Below are positions 14,658 to 22,841 of a DNA stretch of 64,000 nucleotides, one piece after another (the stretch's first letter is position 1; each line of letters starts with the position of its first letter). The DNA comes from an uncultured Candidatus Izemoplasmatales bacterium (GTDB taxonomy: Bacteria > Bacillota_I > Bacilli_A > Izemoplasmatales > Izemoplasmataceae). The notes beneath the pieces are model-generated. The model did no database searches. It saw only the letters and a list, made by a program, of their open reading frames with translations, and was not told where the DNA came from. Made by a program: the position numbers and the translations under genes. Location of the stretch: the NCBI GenBank assembly GCA_964395055.1, contig CAYNAA010000004.1:1830-65829 (forward strand), written 5' to 3'.

Positions 14658-15366
14658 TATTTTCTCCTAGTAAGTAGTTTATTCGATGTCGCATACGTTT
14701 TCTTTTGTTGTTAACAGTTACTTTTGTAACTCCAAGTTGTCTGCCAATTTCTTCATCCGTGTAGCCTTCTACTCTTTGAAGAATAATTCGTTTCTCTGTT
14801 TCTGTAAAAAGATCTGAATTCAAGACCTCTTGGTATAACATTGGAAAGGCATCATCTCTTTTTCCAATATATCCTGGATGATATCCCATCTTTTCGCTAT
14901 CGGCTTCATTTCTAGGAGTAAGATTTTCGATATGCTCAAATTCTTGAAACAAATCATTTAGGTCATACTCTTTTAATTTAATAATCAGCCATGCCGAATT
15001 TATTGGGGGTGCTACGACATGATCCTTTTTTATATATGTCTGAAGATAGCCCCAGATACTTTTATGTATATAGGCAGAAAAATTGTTATGTAGAGTCATT
15101 ACCTCGTTGTTAGCAACTTTTCTTGTGCAAATAATTAAATGCAGTAATCCTTGAGCGAATAAATCTTCAGCTTTGAATGGATGAAACACGCTCAACCTAG
15201 CAGCTATGGCGGCAACCAGTCGAATATGACCTTTAATTAATTCATCGATTGCCGCAGCGTCACCTTCCCTTGCTTTTTTTAAGTAATATTGTGTCTCATC
15301 TGCTGTCAGTGCTTTAGGGGGATTTTTAATTCCCCGAAATGACCTTCTCACTTCTTCTCTCCACAA
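14644..15366 (-). CDS. sigma-70 family (ECF-like) sigma factor
   Basis: A region-2-like helix (LIKGHIRLVAAIAARL) and a region-4 HTH (RIILQRVEGYTDEEIGRQLGVTKVTVNNKRKR). No ATG in the first ~90 codons. The track start is TTG. GTG 15351 follows GGAGAGAAGAA. Confidence 0.7.
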   Translation of the reverse strand: MWREEVRRSFRGIKNPPKALTADETQYYLKKAREGDAAAIDELIKGHIRLVAAIAARLSVFHPFKAEDLFAQGLLHLIICTRKVANNEVMTLHNNFSAYIHKSIWGYLQTYIKKDHVVAPPINSAWLIIKLKEYDLNDLFQEFEHIENLTPRNEADSEKMGYHPGYIGKRDDAFPMLYQEVLNSDLFTETEKRIILQRVEGYTDEEIGRQLGVTKVTVNNKRKRMRHRINYLLGENNDPK

Positions 15367-15790
15367 TCCAAAAGATTATTGGTTCCCCTAATTCAAGTGT
15401 CTCTTTCCCAGTTACTGGATCAATGAGTAAAACATTCTCATGATCCCAAGCAAAAGCATGTGCCGGTCCTGAAGCTTGTCGTACCAATACTCCTGAGTAA
15501 TTTCGCATATAATTCCAAATTCTTGCCTTAAAGTTAGGATGCTTTCCAATAGGAAGTAAATTACCTTCAAAGTCAAAAGCTTGTATGATTTCGGTAATAG
15601 AATATTCTATATTCAAAACTTCAATGATTTCTTGTATGTGAAAACACTGATACGGAAAATCCGTGATATATTTTTTATTTAACCCCGTGTGCCCGATATT
15701 ATATATAAGGTCATTGACATCCTTGTTTGTTACCATAGCAAAAGCCGTTGGCAAACATGCACTTATATTAGGTTGTTTCTGTGGTCTCAT
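15326..15790 (-). CDS. hypothetical protein, possible papain-like/C39-like cysteine peptidase
   Basis: N-terminal Q..NISACLPTAFAM (a Q...C pattern) and a later PAHAFAWD (His). Weak, by eye only. Confidence 0.35.
   Translation of the reverse strand: MRPQKQPNISACLPTAFAMVTNKDVNDLIYNIGHTGLNKKYITDFPYQCFHIQEIIEVLNIEYSITEIIQAFDFEGNLLPIGKHPNFKARIWNYMRNYSGVLVRQASGPAHAFAWDHENVLLIDPVTGKETLELGEPIIFWIVERRSEKVISGN
15598..15609. repeat. TAGAATATTCTA palindrome, exact copy (in CDS)
   Basis: 12/12. Read as I-E-Y-S-I. Confidence 0.9.
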
Positions 15791-16086
15791 GGTAAATCAA
15801 TTTCCTGTTTTATGGCGTCACTTAAACTAGAATAACCTCGTTTCTTTCCTTCTTCAGTTAAGAAAGTTTCTAATTCATCTAATTTTTGTCCGAGCATTTT
15901 TGCGAAAACATATGATCGCAATATCTCAGAATATAGGCTATCCTTAAAATTTGATGGACTATGCTTACCTGATCCATTGCATAAAGGACAAGTTTCAAAT
16001 TCCCATCTATATCGATCATAGCCATATGCCTTTGTTCTCATACGTATTGTGCCTTTACCGTTACAATAATAACATGTACTCATCAT
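15787..16086 (-). CDS. stand-alone DnaJ-type zinc-finger protein (99 aa)
   Basis: CYYCNGKG and CPLCNGSG give two CxxCxGxG motifs. ATGA overlaps with both neighbours. Confidence 0.6.
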   Translation of the reverse strand: MMSTCYYCNGKGTIRMRTKAYGYDRYRWEFETCPLCNGSGKHSPSNFKDSLYSEILRSYVFAKMLGQKLDELETFLTEEGKKRGYSSLSDAIKQEIDLP

Positions 16087-17000
16087 TTGTCTCCTTCACT
16101 GTTATCTCTATTATAACACATTTTCTCTTTTATGTCAAGAGTTACGGTTTCCGCAATCGAAAACAGTTTTGCTACAGGACCGTCATTTACGATAACGGTA
16201 TCCCATTCCGTAAAATTATCAAGAGCAGTATCTGGTACTGATGTAGAATATTCTATTCGTGGATTTTCTATCTTAAATAGCTTTCCTTTTTTCTTGTGTA
16301 TTGCTTTTGCTTCATCGGGAAACCTAACATCTGTAATAATTACAACATTAGCATTATGGGGTGTATTTAATAGATACGCTGTCCAAGTATTTTCCCAAAC
16401 TTGCTCACGTATCGCGGGCGTGCCCATTCGTATTAATGTTTCGCGTGCGGTCAGGCCCGTAGCAAGTGTTAAATCTTTATCTTGGGGCTTATATCTATAA
16501 TGCATCTCAGACCTAAATCCTGCCCAGCCATACAATCTATGACATATTTCATATAAAGGAGAAGCGAATGCAGTAATATGTGTAGTGAGACCAAGAGCAT
16601 TTAATTTTGCCGAAAGCACTAAAGCAAAAGTGTCTTTCCCTACTCCACTTTTATGCCCTAATCCAATGAAAAAAGGAATGAAGGGATAGATGACTTCTCT
16701 TTCTTTTATGGCTTTTTGATTAGTGACTTCTCTTTCTTTTGCGGCTTCTCTTTCTTTTGCGACTTCTCTTTCTTTTGCGACTTCTCTTTCTTTTGTGGCT
16801 TCTCTTTCTTTTGTGGCTTCTCTTTCTTTTTCACCAACACAACTACAAATAAGCAGTTTGCATTTATTGTAGTCCATAATTAAACCTTTTCCATGACATA
16901 AATTACAATTAAGATTTGCGTTAGGGTATTGGGGCATCTCCCCTGGATCAATACTAAAAATCAGCTGATCGTAATCTTGAGTTTCAAGCTCTCGCATCAT
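16083..17000 (-). CDS. deoxynucleoside monophosphate kinase with N-terminal zinc knuckle and KEREAT repeat linker
   Basis: CNLCHGKG. Six KERE(A/V)(A/T/V) hexapeptides. P-loop GLGHKSGVGKDT, the G..SGKDT type seen in phage dNMP kinases. Confidence 0.6.
   Translation of the reverse strand: MMRELETQDYDQLIFSIDPGEMPQYPNANLNCNLCHGKGLIMDYNKCKLLICSCVGEKEREATKEREATKEREVAKEREVAKEREAAKEREVTNQKAIKEREVIYPFIPFFIGLGHKSGVGKDTFALVLSAKLNALGLTTHITAFASPLYEICHRLYGWAGFRSEMHYRYKPQDKDLTLATGLTARETLIRMGTPAIREQVWENTWTAYLLNTPHNANVVIITDVRFPDEAKAIHKKKGKLFKIENPRIEYSTSVPDTALDNFTEWDTVIVNDGPVAKLFSIAETVTLDIKEKMCYNRDNSEGDK
16244..16255. repeat. TAGAATATTCTA palindrome, exact copy (in CDS)
   Basis: 12/12. Read as I-E-Y-S-T. A GATAAT lies 23 nt downstream on the minus strand. 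Confidence 0.9.
16722..16829 (-). repeat. 18-bp in-frame tandem repeat x6 (KEREAT linker)
   Basis: Residues 58-93 of ORF 16083-17000. A degenerate seventh unit follows. Confidence 0.85.
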
Positions 17001-17013
17001 GATGTGACTCCTT

Positions 17014-17060
17014 TACCAAAAGTTTTTACTAAGAGTTTTTACTAAGAGTTTTTACCAAAG
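17014..17060. repeat. 13-bp tandem repeat x~3.5 at a gene junction
   Basis: TACCAAAAGTTTT, TACTAAGAGTTTT, TACTAAGAGTTTT, TACCAAAGATCTC. The last unit contains the stop of ORF 17052-17945. Confidence 0.8.
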
Positions 17061-17945
17061 ATCTCCTATATCAAATATCTGCTTAAACCAAGACATAAAG
17101 CCGTCATCTTCTTCAGGATAATCCTTACCCCACATAGCATTTTCCAATGCTTTCTGAGCTTTTTTACCTTTTATACCTGAAGTAGGGTTGAATTCTGCTG
17201 CTTCTTGATCCCGAAAATCCCAATAATTATATGCTCTGAATCGTGGATGCTTTTTCACAACTCCCATATAGAAGTCATAAATCCATTGTGCCTGCCTTTC
17301 TTGAGTAAAATTAAATATCCCTGAAGGACAGCTATTTTCAGACAATTCAAAAGGTAAATCCGTAGCTTCTGCTAATTTATCAAGCCTTTTTAACATTGTA
17401 GTTGATGAAGGTAGCATACTTTCTTCTGCAAAAACATGTGCTTGAATACCAATACATTCAAATAAACCTTCATTAGCCTGAATGAATTCGATATATTGAT
17501 CCAACCAGTCACCAGTTAAGATACCATGAGTATTTAATCGACGATCCCATGAATCAGATTGAGCAGCTTGGAAAATTTCAATGACTTGTGCCATTGTAAC
17601 ATATTCTGGATATTTTTCGAGTGTTTGCAATGGTTCATTAAAAGGATCAACCACACTTACTTCAGCGGCCAAATGTGTTTTCACTTCATGAACACGTTGA
17701 AGACGCTGTTCATGGGTAGCTTGAAAATCAGGTAACCAGCTTTTGCTTTCACATCCTGGAATAAGGTAGATAATAGGATGTAATTGGACTTCTTGAAATC
17801 CTGCTAAAAGAATTTGTTGGATATGTTGTCTAAGTTCCAATACATTAGGCCACTTAAACCAATAACCCCCAACACTAAGCTGATTGAATCCCATTTTAAG
17901 AAAAGTGTCTTTCTCAAGATGACTATCAGTAATACCATTCTTCAT
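17052..17945 (-). CDS. putative glycoside hydrolase (clan GH-A TIM-barrel-like)
   Basis: VVDPFNEPL is a candidate acid/base NEP motif. IGIQAHV and FELSEN are candidate nucleophile-strand motifs. ATG 17945 overlaps the VRR-NUC stop (ATGA), so the upstream 38 codons of the track ORF are discounted. Confidence 0.4.
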   Translation of the reverse strand: MKNGITDSHLEKDTFLKMGFNQLSVGGYWFKWPNVLELRQHIQQILLAGFQEVQLHPIIYLIPGCESKSWLPDFQATHEQRLQRVHEVKTHLAAEVSVVDPFNEPLQTLEKYPEYVTMAQVIEIFQAAQSDSWDRRLNTHGILTGDWLDQYIEFIQANEGLFECIGIQAHVFAEESMLPSSTTMLKRLDKLAEATDLPFELSENSCPSGIFNFTQERQAQWIYDFYMGVVKKHPRFRAYNYWDFRDQEAAEFNPTSGIKGKKAQKALENAMWGKDYPEEDDGFMSWFKQIFDIGDLW

Positions 17946-18334
17946 GATTTTTTCCTTGTCTTTTCCTGCCTTGTTTTTGGGGAATACAAAAATGTGTGCC
18001 AATTCGGCTTCTTGAACAGTTTTTGATATTCCGCTAAAGTCGCGGCAGTAAGTACCCAAATTCCCTCGCCAGAAGCCGCAATGATCGGGAAATATTTCAA
18101 CTGTGCAGGGGTGAACGCAAAAGCTTGTAAATTCTTGACTTCAATCCATCTTGACCCATGAATATGGTGTAACGCATACAGATCAGGGAACCCTCTTTGA
18201 AACATATTCCCATGAGTTACCATAACCACCCAATCCCTGACAGAAAGAAACTTAATCAGGTTTTGTTGAATTGCGTGCTCTGGCCCCTTACCTTTTAATG
18301 ACTTTGGTGCATACACCTTTGACTTCACTCCCAT
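17942..18334 (-). CDS. VRR-NUC domain nuclease
   Basis: GFPDLYALHH...WIEVKNLQAFAFTPAQ gives the G-x-PD...E-V-K...Q pattern. Confidence 0.7.
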   Translation of the reverse strand: MGVKSKVYAPKSLKGKGPEHAIQQNLIKFLSVRDWVVMVTHGNMFQRGFPDLYALHHIHGSRWIEVKNLQAFAFTPAQLKYFPIIAASGEGIWVLTAATLAEYQKLFKKPNWHTFLYSPKTRQEKTRKKS

Positions 18335-18641
18335 AAGTCGCCTTGATTTTGCGGATCAAGTCTTCTCGATTTTCTCCTGCCAACCCTAAAAAAGTACCTA
18401 AATCACGTAATTCATAAAGTGTTAGTGTCTCTAATTTTTGTCGTTTATGCCATTTACGCCATTTCTTCAATACTCCTAAATTCTCAGCCATAATAAGACG
18501 AACAAGTTGTTTCTTAATTCCTGTAGAAGATTCATTATAGAATATTCTAAATTCAGCGGAATTAATTAATCTTTCAATTGCTCTGAGATTATTAATCCGG
18601 TCTTTAACACTTTTAATAATATCATTTATTTGTCCGCCCAT
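18288..18641 (-). CDS. hypothetical protein (117 aa)
   Basis: Same-strand packing. Contains palindrome 18538-18549. Confidence 0.5.
   Translation of the reverse strand: MGGQINDIIKSVKDRINNLRAIERLINSAEFRIFYNESSTGIKKQLVRLIMAENLGVLKKWRKWHKRQKLETLTLYELRDLGTFLGLAGENREDLIRKIKATYGSEVKGVCTKVIKR
18538..18549. repeat. TAGAATATTCTA palindrome, exact copy (in CDS)
   Basis: 12/12. Read as R-I-F-Y. Confidence 0.9.
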
Positions 18642-21007
18642 GAAGCTAGTCTCGTTTTCCAGTCAATCTCAAGTAAAGGCACAACAGAACGATACTCTTT
18701 AATAGTATCATCTACAGCTTGAGTTAATTCAGAGCGTTTTCCTGGCATAACGGGCACCATTACTTCATCATGAATATTTAAGGGGATAACGCACCAATCA
18801 GAATAACCATATGGCTGTAATTTCCAGCAATTACATTGTAATCCTTTTGTTATTTGAGCACCTGTTCCTTGAATTGGCATATTAATAGCAACTCTTGCCA
18901 CTTTATTAGCTATAGAAAATGCTGCCCCATATAAGGCAGATCGCGTGGCACCAATTAAAGTCTGGGAATCTTCTGATCTCACAACTGTACCTATTCTATT
19001 GGCCCATTCTTTAGGTGGATTGGTTGCCAATTCGTACAATGCTTCAATGACTTGGAATTCTAAAGTAAAATAACGAGTAAAGCCCAGCAATGTTGTCACG
19101 GTATCTTTATGTGGGCGCCATTTAATTTCTGTACGTTTACCTCCAGGTTGGTATAACGGACAATAATCTTCCATTGTTTTAGATCGTTTCTTGCCTACTT
19201 CAGGGTAAGCTCGTTCAAAGGAATTAATGCCTGCTCTTGCTTCATTTTGTTCAATACCTAAATTTTTCTTAAAAGCGTGTTCTGTACCCGCAAATAGCCA
19301 GGTAAAAAGTCCACTTTTAGAAATGGTATATAAATCAGGTACTTGTCCGTCTGTTAATCTAATCTGTTTGTAACTATACCCAGGAAAAATGTGAGTTCCA
19401 AAAATTGCATGGATCTTTTTCTTTTCTTTGCCAGTGTTATCACATTTTTGACAACCTACGCCATCACAATATACACAATCAACATAACTCGTTAATTCTT
19501 CTATCAATTCAGGATCATTGTAGACGGCAGCAGCAATGGTGACTTCAAACCCAGAAAAGTCACCGCCATCAAGATCCATATTTTCAAATGCCAACGGAAA
19601 AGCCTTACGAACATATTTCGCTTTCTTAATACCTTGCGCATTTAACCCGCCTGTTCCAGACATGCGACTACTTAAAGTGCCAATTACATTAAGGGCAGCA
19701 TGGAAACGACCTGCAATTAAGAATTTATCATAGACCTGGATTTCTTTTTCTGCATGGCGTGCTTCATATACGAGATGAGCACGATAAGATGCTTGACACT
19801 CCCACTTAATTTCCTTGAGTTTTTCGTGACGCTCTTTTACATCAAGCTTTGCTTTATCAATCTCTTTAATTTGCTCAGCCGCATTTTCATCCCAGTCCAT
19901 GATCTCTTTTAAGGCTTCTTTGTCTGTTGAATCAGGCATACCTAATGCTTCTTCTTCAGACATTACGGCACTTATCCAACGCATAACTGCACGTTGATCT
20001 GTAGGTATTTTACCTTTTATTTTAAGAGCATATTCTCGTAAATCTTTAATTAATTCTATATCAACTTTGAAACCTTTCCATCTAACAGCTCCAACCATAC
20101 ACGCCAATATTGAATCATTATCTCCAATTGGTGGATCATTGAAATGATGATATAAGGCTCTCGTATACACAACATCATTTTCAGCATACTTGCGAGCAGT
20201 TGGATGAAAACCCCAATAATCAATATGATCATCAATAAATTGAGGCCAAGCTCCTTTCCATTTTCCCTTGAAAAGTTTTTTTCTTTGACCTTTCCACTTA
20301 TCTAACTCTTGTAAAGCTAATGCAAAGGGCGCATACCCTAATTCCAAAGGATACTTATAATCAGGTAAAGCGATTTCTTTTAATAAAACGGGATCTTCCT
20401 CAAGATTTAAAGCATCCTTTGCTAATGCTTTAAGTGCTGATGAAGGTGAGAATTTAACATATAAATTCACAAACCCCGATTTTGGGTGCTCCTGAATCTT
20501 CCAAACGGATTTTCGGCGTTTATCTTTCTCAAACAAGATTGCCTTAAAGGGAAGTCTTCTATTTAATTCTTGCTGTAGAGTTTCTGCCATTGATTCAGGG
20601 ATTTTACGAATATAGATATTCTTTCGATCCATAAGATATTGGTATTTAGTTTTTCTGGCATGAAGCATTAAGTCAAAAGCTGAACGTGGTTTAATACATC
20701 CCCTATCTCGTGCATCAGGCTCACAATTTGCATATAACTCAGGATCAATGTATTTACAGGCATTTGGGTAGCGTTCCTGATATTCTAGCAAAGTTGTATA
20801 GGCTTGTGCAATATGGAACCAGTCGAATGCTAGATTAAAACCGATGACACAATTACCCGCAAACCAATCAATTAGATCAAGGGTTTCTTGAACAGGACGA
20901 CGCCAGACCTCATGGATAGATACCTCTCCTTCTTCTTCAGCATACTGTATAATTACAATGGGACCATGTAATCCACAAGTTTCAGTATCTAAGTAAATTT
21001 TTTTCAT
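18626..21007 (-). CDS. family A DNA polymerase with 3'-5' exonuclease domain and inserted zinc knuckle
   Basis: Exo motifs YLDTETCGL, GFNLAFDW and YAENDVVYT. Pol motif A DFSGFEV, motif B region KSGLFTWLFAG, motif C NIHDE. CVYCDGVGCQKCDNTG is inserted just after motif A. Confidence 0.9.
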   Translation of the reverse strand: MKKIYLDTETCGLHGPIVIIQYAEEEGEVSIHEVWRRPVQETLDLIDWFAGNCVIGFNLAFDWFHIAQAYTTLLEYQERYPNACKYIDPELYANCEPDARDRGCIKPRSAFDLMLHARKTKYQYLMDRKNIYIRKIPESMAETLQQELNRRLPFKAILFEKDKRRKSVWKIQEHPKSGFVNLYVKFSPSSALKALAKDALNLEEDPVLLKEIALPDYKYPLELGYAPFALALQELDKWKGQRKKLFKGKWKGAWPQFIDDHIDYWGFHPTARKYAENDVVYTRALYHHFNDPPIGDNDSILACMVGAVRWKGFKVDIELIKDLREYALKIKGKIPTDQRAVMRWISAVMSEEEALGMPDSTDKEALKEIMDWDENAAEQIKEIDKAKLDVKERHEKLKEIKWECQASYRAHLVYEARHAEKEIQVYDKFLIAGRFHAALNVIGTLSSRMSGTGGLNAQGIKKAKYVRKAFPLAFENMDLDGGDFSGFEVTIAAAVYNDPELIEELTSYVDCVYCDGVGCQKCDNTGKEKKKIHAIFGTHIFPGYSYKQIRLTDGQVPDLYTISKSGLFTWLFAGTEHAFKKNLGIEQNEARAGINSFERAYPEVGKKRSKTMEDYCPLYQPGGKRTEIKWRPHKDTVTTLLGFTRYFTLEFQVIEALYELATNPPKEWANRIGTVVRSEDSQTLIGATRSALYGAAFSIANKVARVAINMPIQGTGAQITKGLQCNCWKLQPYGYSDWCVIPLNIHDEVMVPVMPGKRSELTQAVDDTIKEYRSVVPLLEIDWKTRLASWADK

Positions 21008-21010
21008 AGC

Positions 21011-21883
21011 TTATCTACCTGGAATACTAAGTTCTCCCGCTTTGGGAATACCTTCTTTTCTAACTTCATATACTTTACCGATCTCTGAAAAATGTGTCTG
21101 TAAGTCAGTCATTAAATCTAAATCAGAGATGTTGCCAGCTGCCCAAGCAAGCATCCTAGTGTGTATACCACTATACCCTCCAGACTCAAAATAATGATCG
21201 ATAAGATTTTGGATTTCTTCGGCTGAACGTGCGCGTGAGATTTTTGCTCGACTTTTTCGTGTGGCAACACTATCAGGAACCTTTATTTTTATGGGTCCAC
21301 TATACCCTTTTAACCGTTTATCTTTAATAGCTCTAGCAAATGCAAAACGATCACGTCTATTCTTCATGGAATAAAGTTTTCGTATTTGCTCATTTGTAAG
21401 CATTTCATCTTCAGCCATTTGCTGAATTTCTGGTTCAAGCTCTAAAAGATAAAGTCTAGGTTGAACCCAACCCGTGCTTCTTCCAATTCTTTTTTCAATT
21501 TCTCCACGATCCAATCCCATTCTAACGAATTTTGAAAGGGCATTTGCCTCTTGCATAATTGTCAAATCATGACGATCAATATTTTCTTGGAGATTTACAA
21601 TTGCAGCATCGGTTTTACTCAACTCCTTTTCACTTAAAGTAAAAGGCATTTCCTTCCACTCAAGAATTTTCATACAGGCATAACACCTGGTATAACCAGC
21701 AACGAGATCATATTTTTCCTTGATCCCCTCATGTGGTTTTACCTTGCGAATCAACGGTAATTGGTGTAAGCCTTCTTGTTTGATGCTCTTTGCTAAATTG
21801 AGAGCATGTTCATGCCTGATTCGTCCACGATTATTCGCGTCCCAATCTATGTGGACTTCATCCCATTTAAGTTTTAACTCCAT
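21011..21883 (-). CDS. ParB-like protein with HTH (paralogue B)
   Basis: LPLIRKV...YDLVAGYTRCYA gives the GxxRxxA box, followed by an HTH-like IGRSTGWVQPRLYLLEL. Confidence 0.6.
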   Translation of the reverse strand: MELKLKWDEVHIDWDANNRGRIRHEHALNLAKSIKQEGLHQLPLIRKVKPHEGIKEKYDLVAGYTRCYACMKILEWKEMPFTLSEKELSKTDAAIVNLQENIDRHDLTIMQEANALSKFVRMGLDRGEIEKRIGRSTGWVQPRLYLLELEPEIQQMAEDEMLTNEQIRKLYSMKNRRDRFAFARAIKDKRLKGYSGPIKIKVPDSVATRKSRAKISRARSAEEIQNLIDHYFESGGYSGIHTRMLAWAAGNISDLDLMTDLQTHFSEIGKVYEVRKEGIPKAGELSIPGR

Positions 21884-21887
21884 GATC

Positions 21888-22253
21888 TTATTCCTCTATG
21901 AAGGGCACGTCCTCCCCCATAACCTCTTCATTGTTTGTACATGTATGTTCTTCAACACAAATCTCTCCACAAAATACTTCCCCGCAATCTTCGCAATAAA
22001 CTTCATCGCCAGGAGTAATAGCTTGATCACACCATGAGCAATCCATAATTGGTATCTCTCCTTCCTTAGCTTTCATCCTGTATATCTTTGCGATCACATC
22101 CTTATAGGCTTTCTCAAAACCTAATTTTTGAAAACGCTGACCGCCATCACCATTGATAATACAAAAAAGCTCAATTAATTTAGTTTCCAGATCTTTAGCC
22201 TTTGACTTACACTTAGCCTCATTTTGCTCCATTTGAATTAGTCTTTTATCCAT
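21888..22253 (-). CDS. hypothetical protein with C-terminal Cys-rich zinc-ribbon-like segment
   Basis: CSWCDQAITPGDEVYCEDCGEVFCGEICVEEHTC. Confidence 0.5.
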   Translation of the reverse strand: MDKRLIQMEQNEAKCKSKAKDLETKLIELFCIINGDGGQRFQKLGFEKAYKDVIAKIYRMKAKEGEIPIMDCSWCDQAITPGDEVYCEDCGEVFCGEICVEEHTCTNNEEVMGEDVPFIEE

Positions 22254-22256
22254 GAC

Positions 22257-22841
22257 TTAAAGCTCAACGAGTTTTTTGTACGCAGCGGCCGTCATTAGAC
22301 AATCACCACGAGCCGTATGAGCATCTTTAATCTCAATGCCTAAACCTTGACAAATCTTTCCAAGACTAATTCCCCCAAAGGGCAGGGTCATTTCATTGCG
22401 TTGTGCGCGGTCACAAAGATATAATGCAATACGCGCGACATCGCGAACCTGATAATGAAAAAAGGTGGAAATACAATTCGGCTGTTTGTTATCCCGATCA
22501 AGCCATGCCATAAGCATGGGTTTATCAAATGACCAATTTTGGGCAATTACATCCATGGTTTTACGGCCCGATGGAATAACATAATCCTTGTGCCATTTAA
22601 TAAAAGCTGCAATTGTCTCGGCCCGTGTTGGGGCTTGTTCTAATTCCTCTTTGGTTTTTCCATTAACCTTCAGAGCACGGGGATCCAAACGATCTGGAAA
22701 ATCAGGTTTTACATCTGTTTCAAAAGCCGGAATTTTCTCATTCACACTGAAATCTGGATTTAGAGGCAAAAGGCAAATGCCGATGGCCTCGTGGTAATAA
22801 GGCTGAAGACCTCCTGTTTCAACATCAGCGGCGACAATCAT
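22257..22841 (-). CDS. DnaQ-like DEDDh 3'-5' exonuclease
   Basis: MIVAADVETGGL (Exo I), NWSFDKPML (Exo II) and HTARGDCLMTA (Exo III, H-x4-D). GGAGG sits 9 nt before ATG 22841. Confidence 0.75.
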   Translation of the reverse strand: MIVAADVETGGLQPYYHEAIGICLLPLNPDFSVNEKIPAFETDVKPDFPDRLDPRALKVNGKTKEELEQAPTRAETIAAFIKWHKDYVIPSGRKTMDVIAQNWSFDKPMLMAWLDRDNKQPNCISTFFHYQVRDVARIALYLCDRAQRNEMTLPFGGISLGKICQGLGIEIKDAHTARGDCLMTAAAYKKLVEL

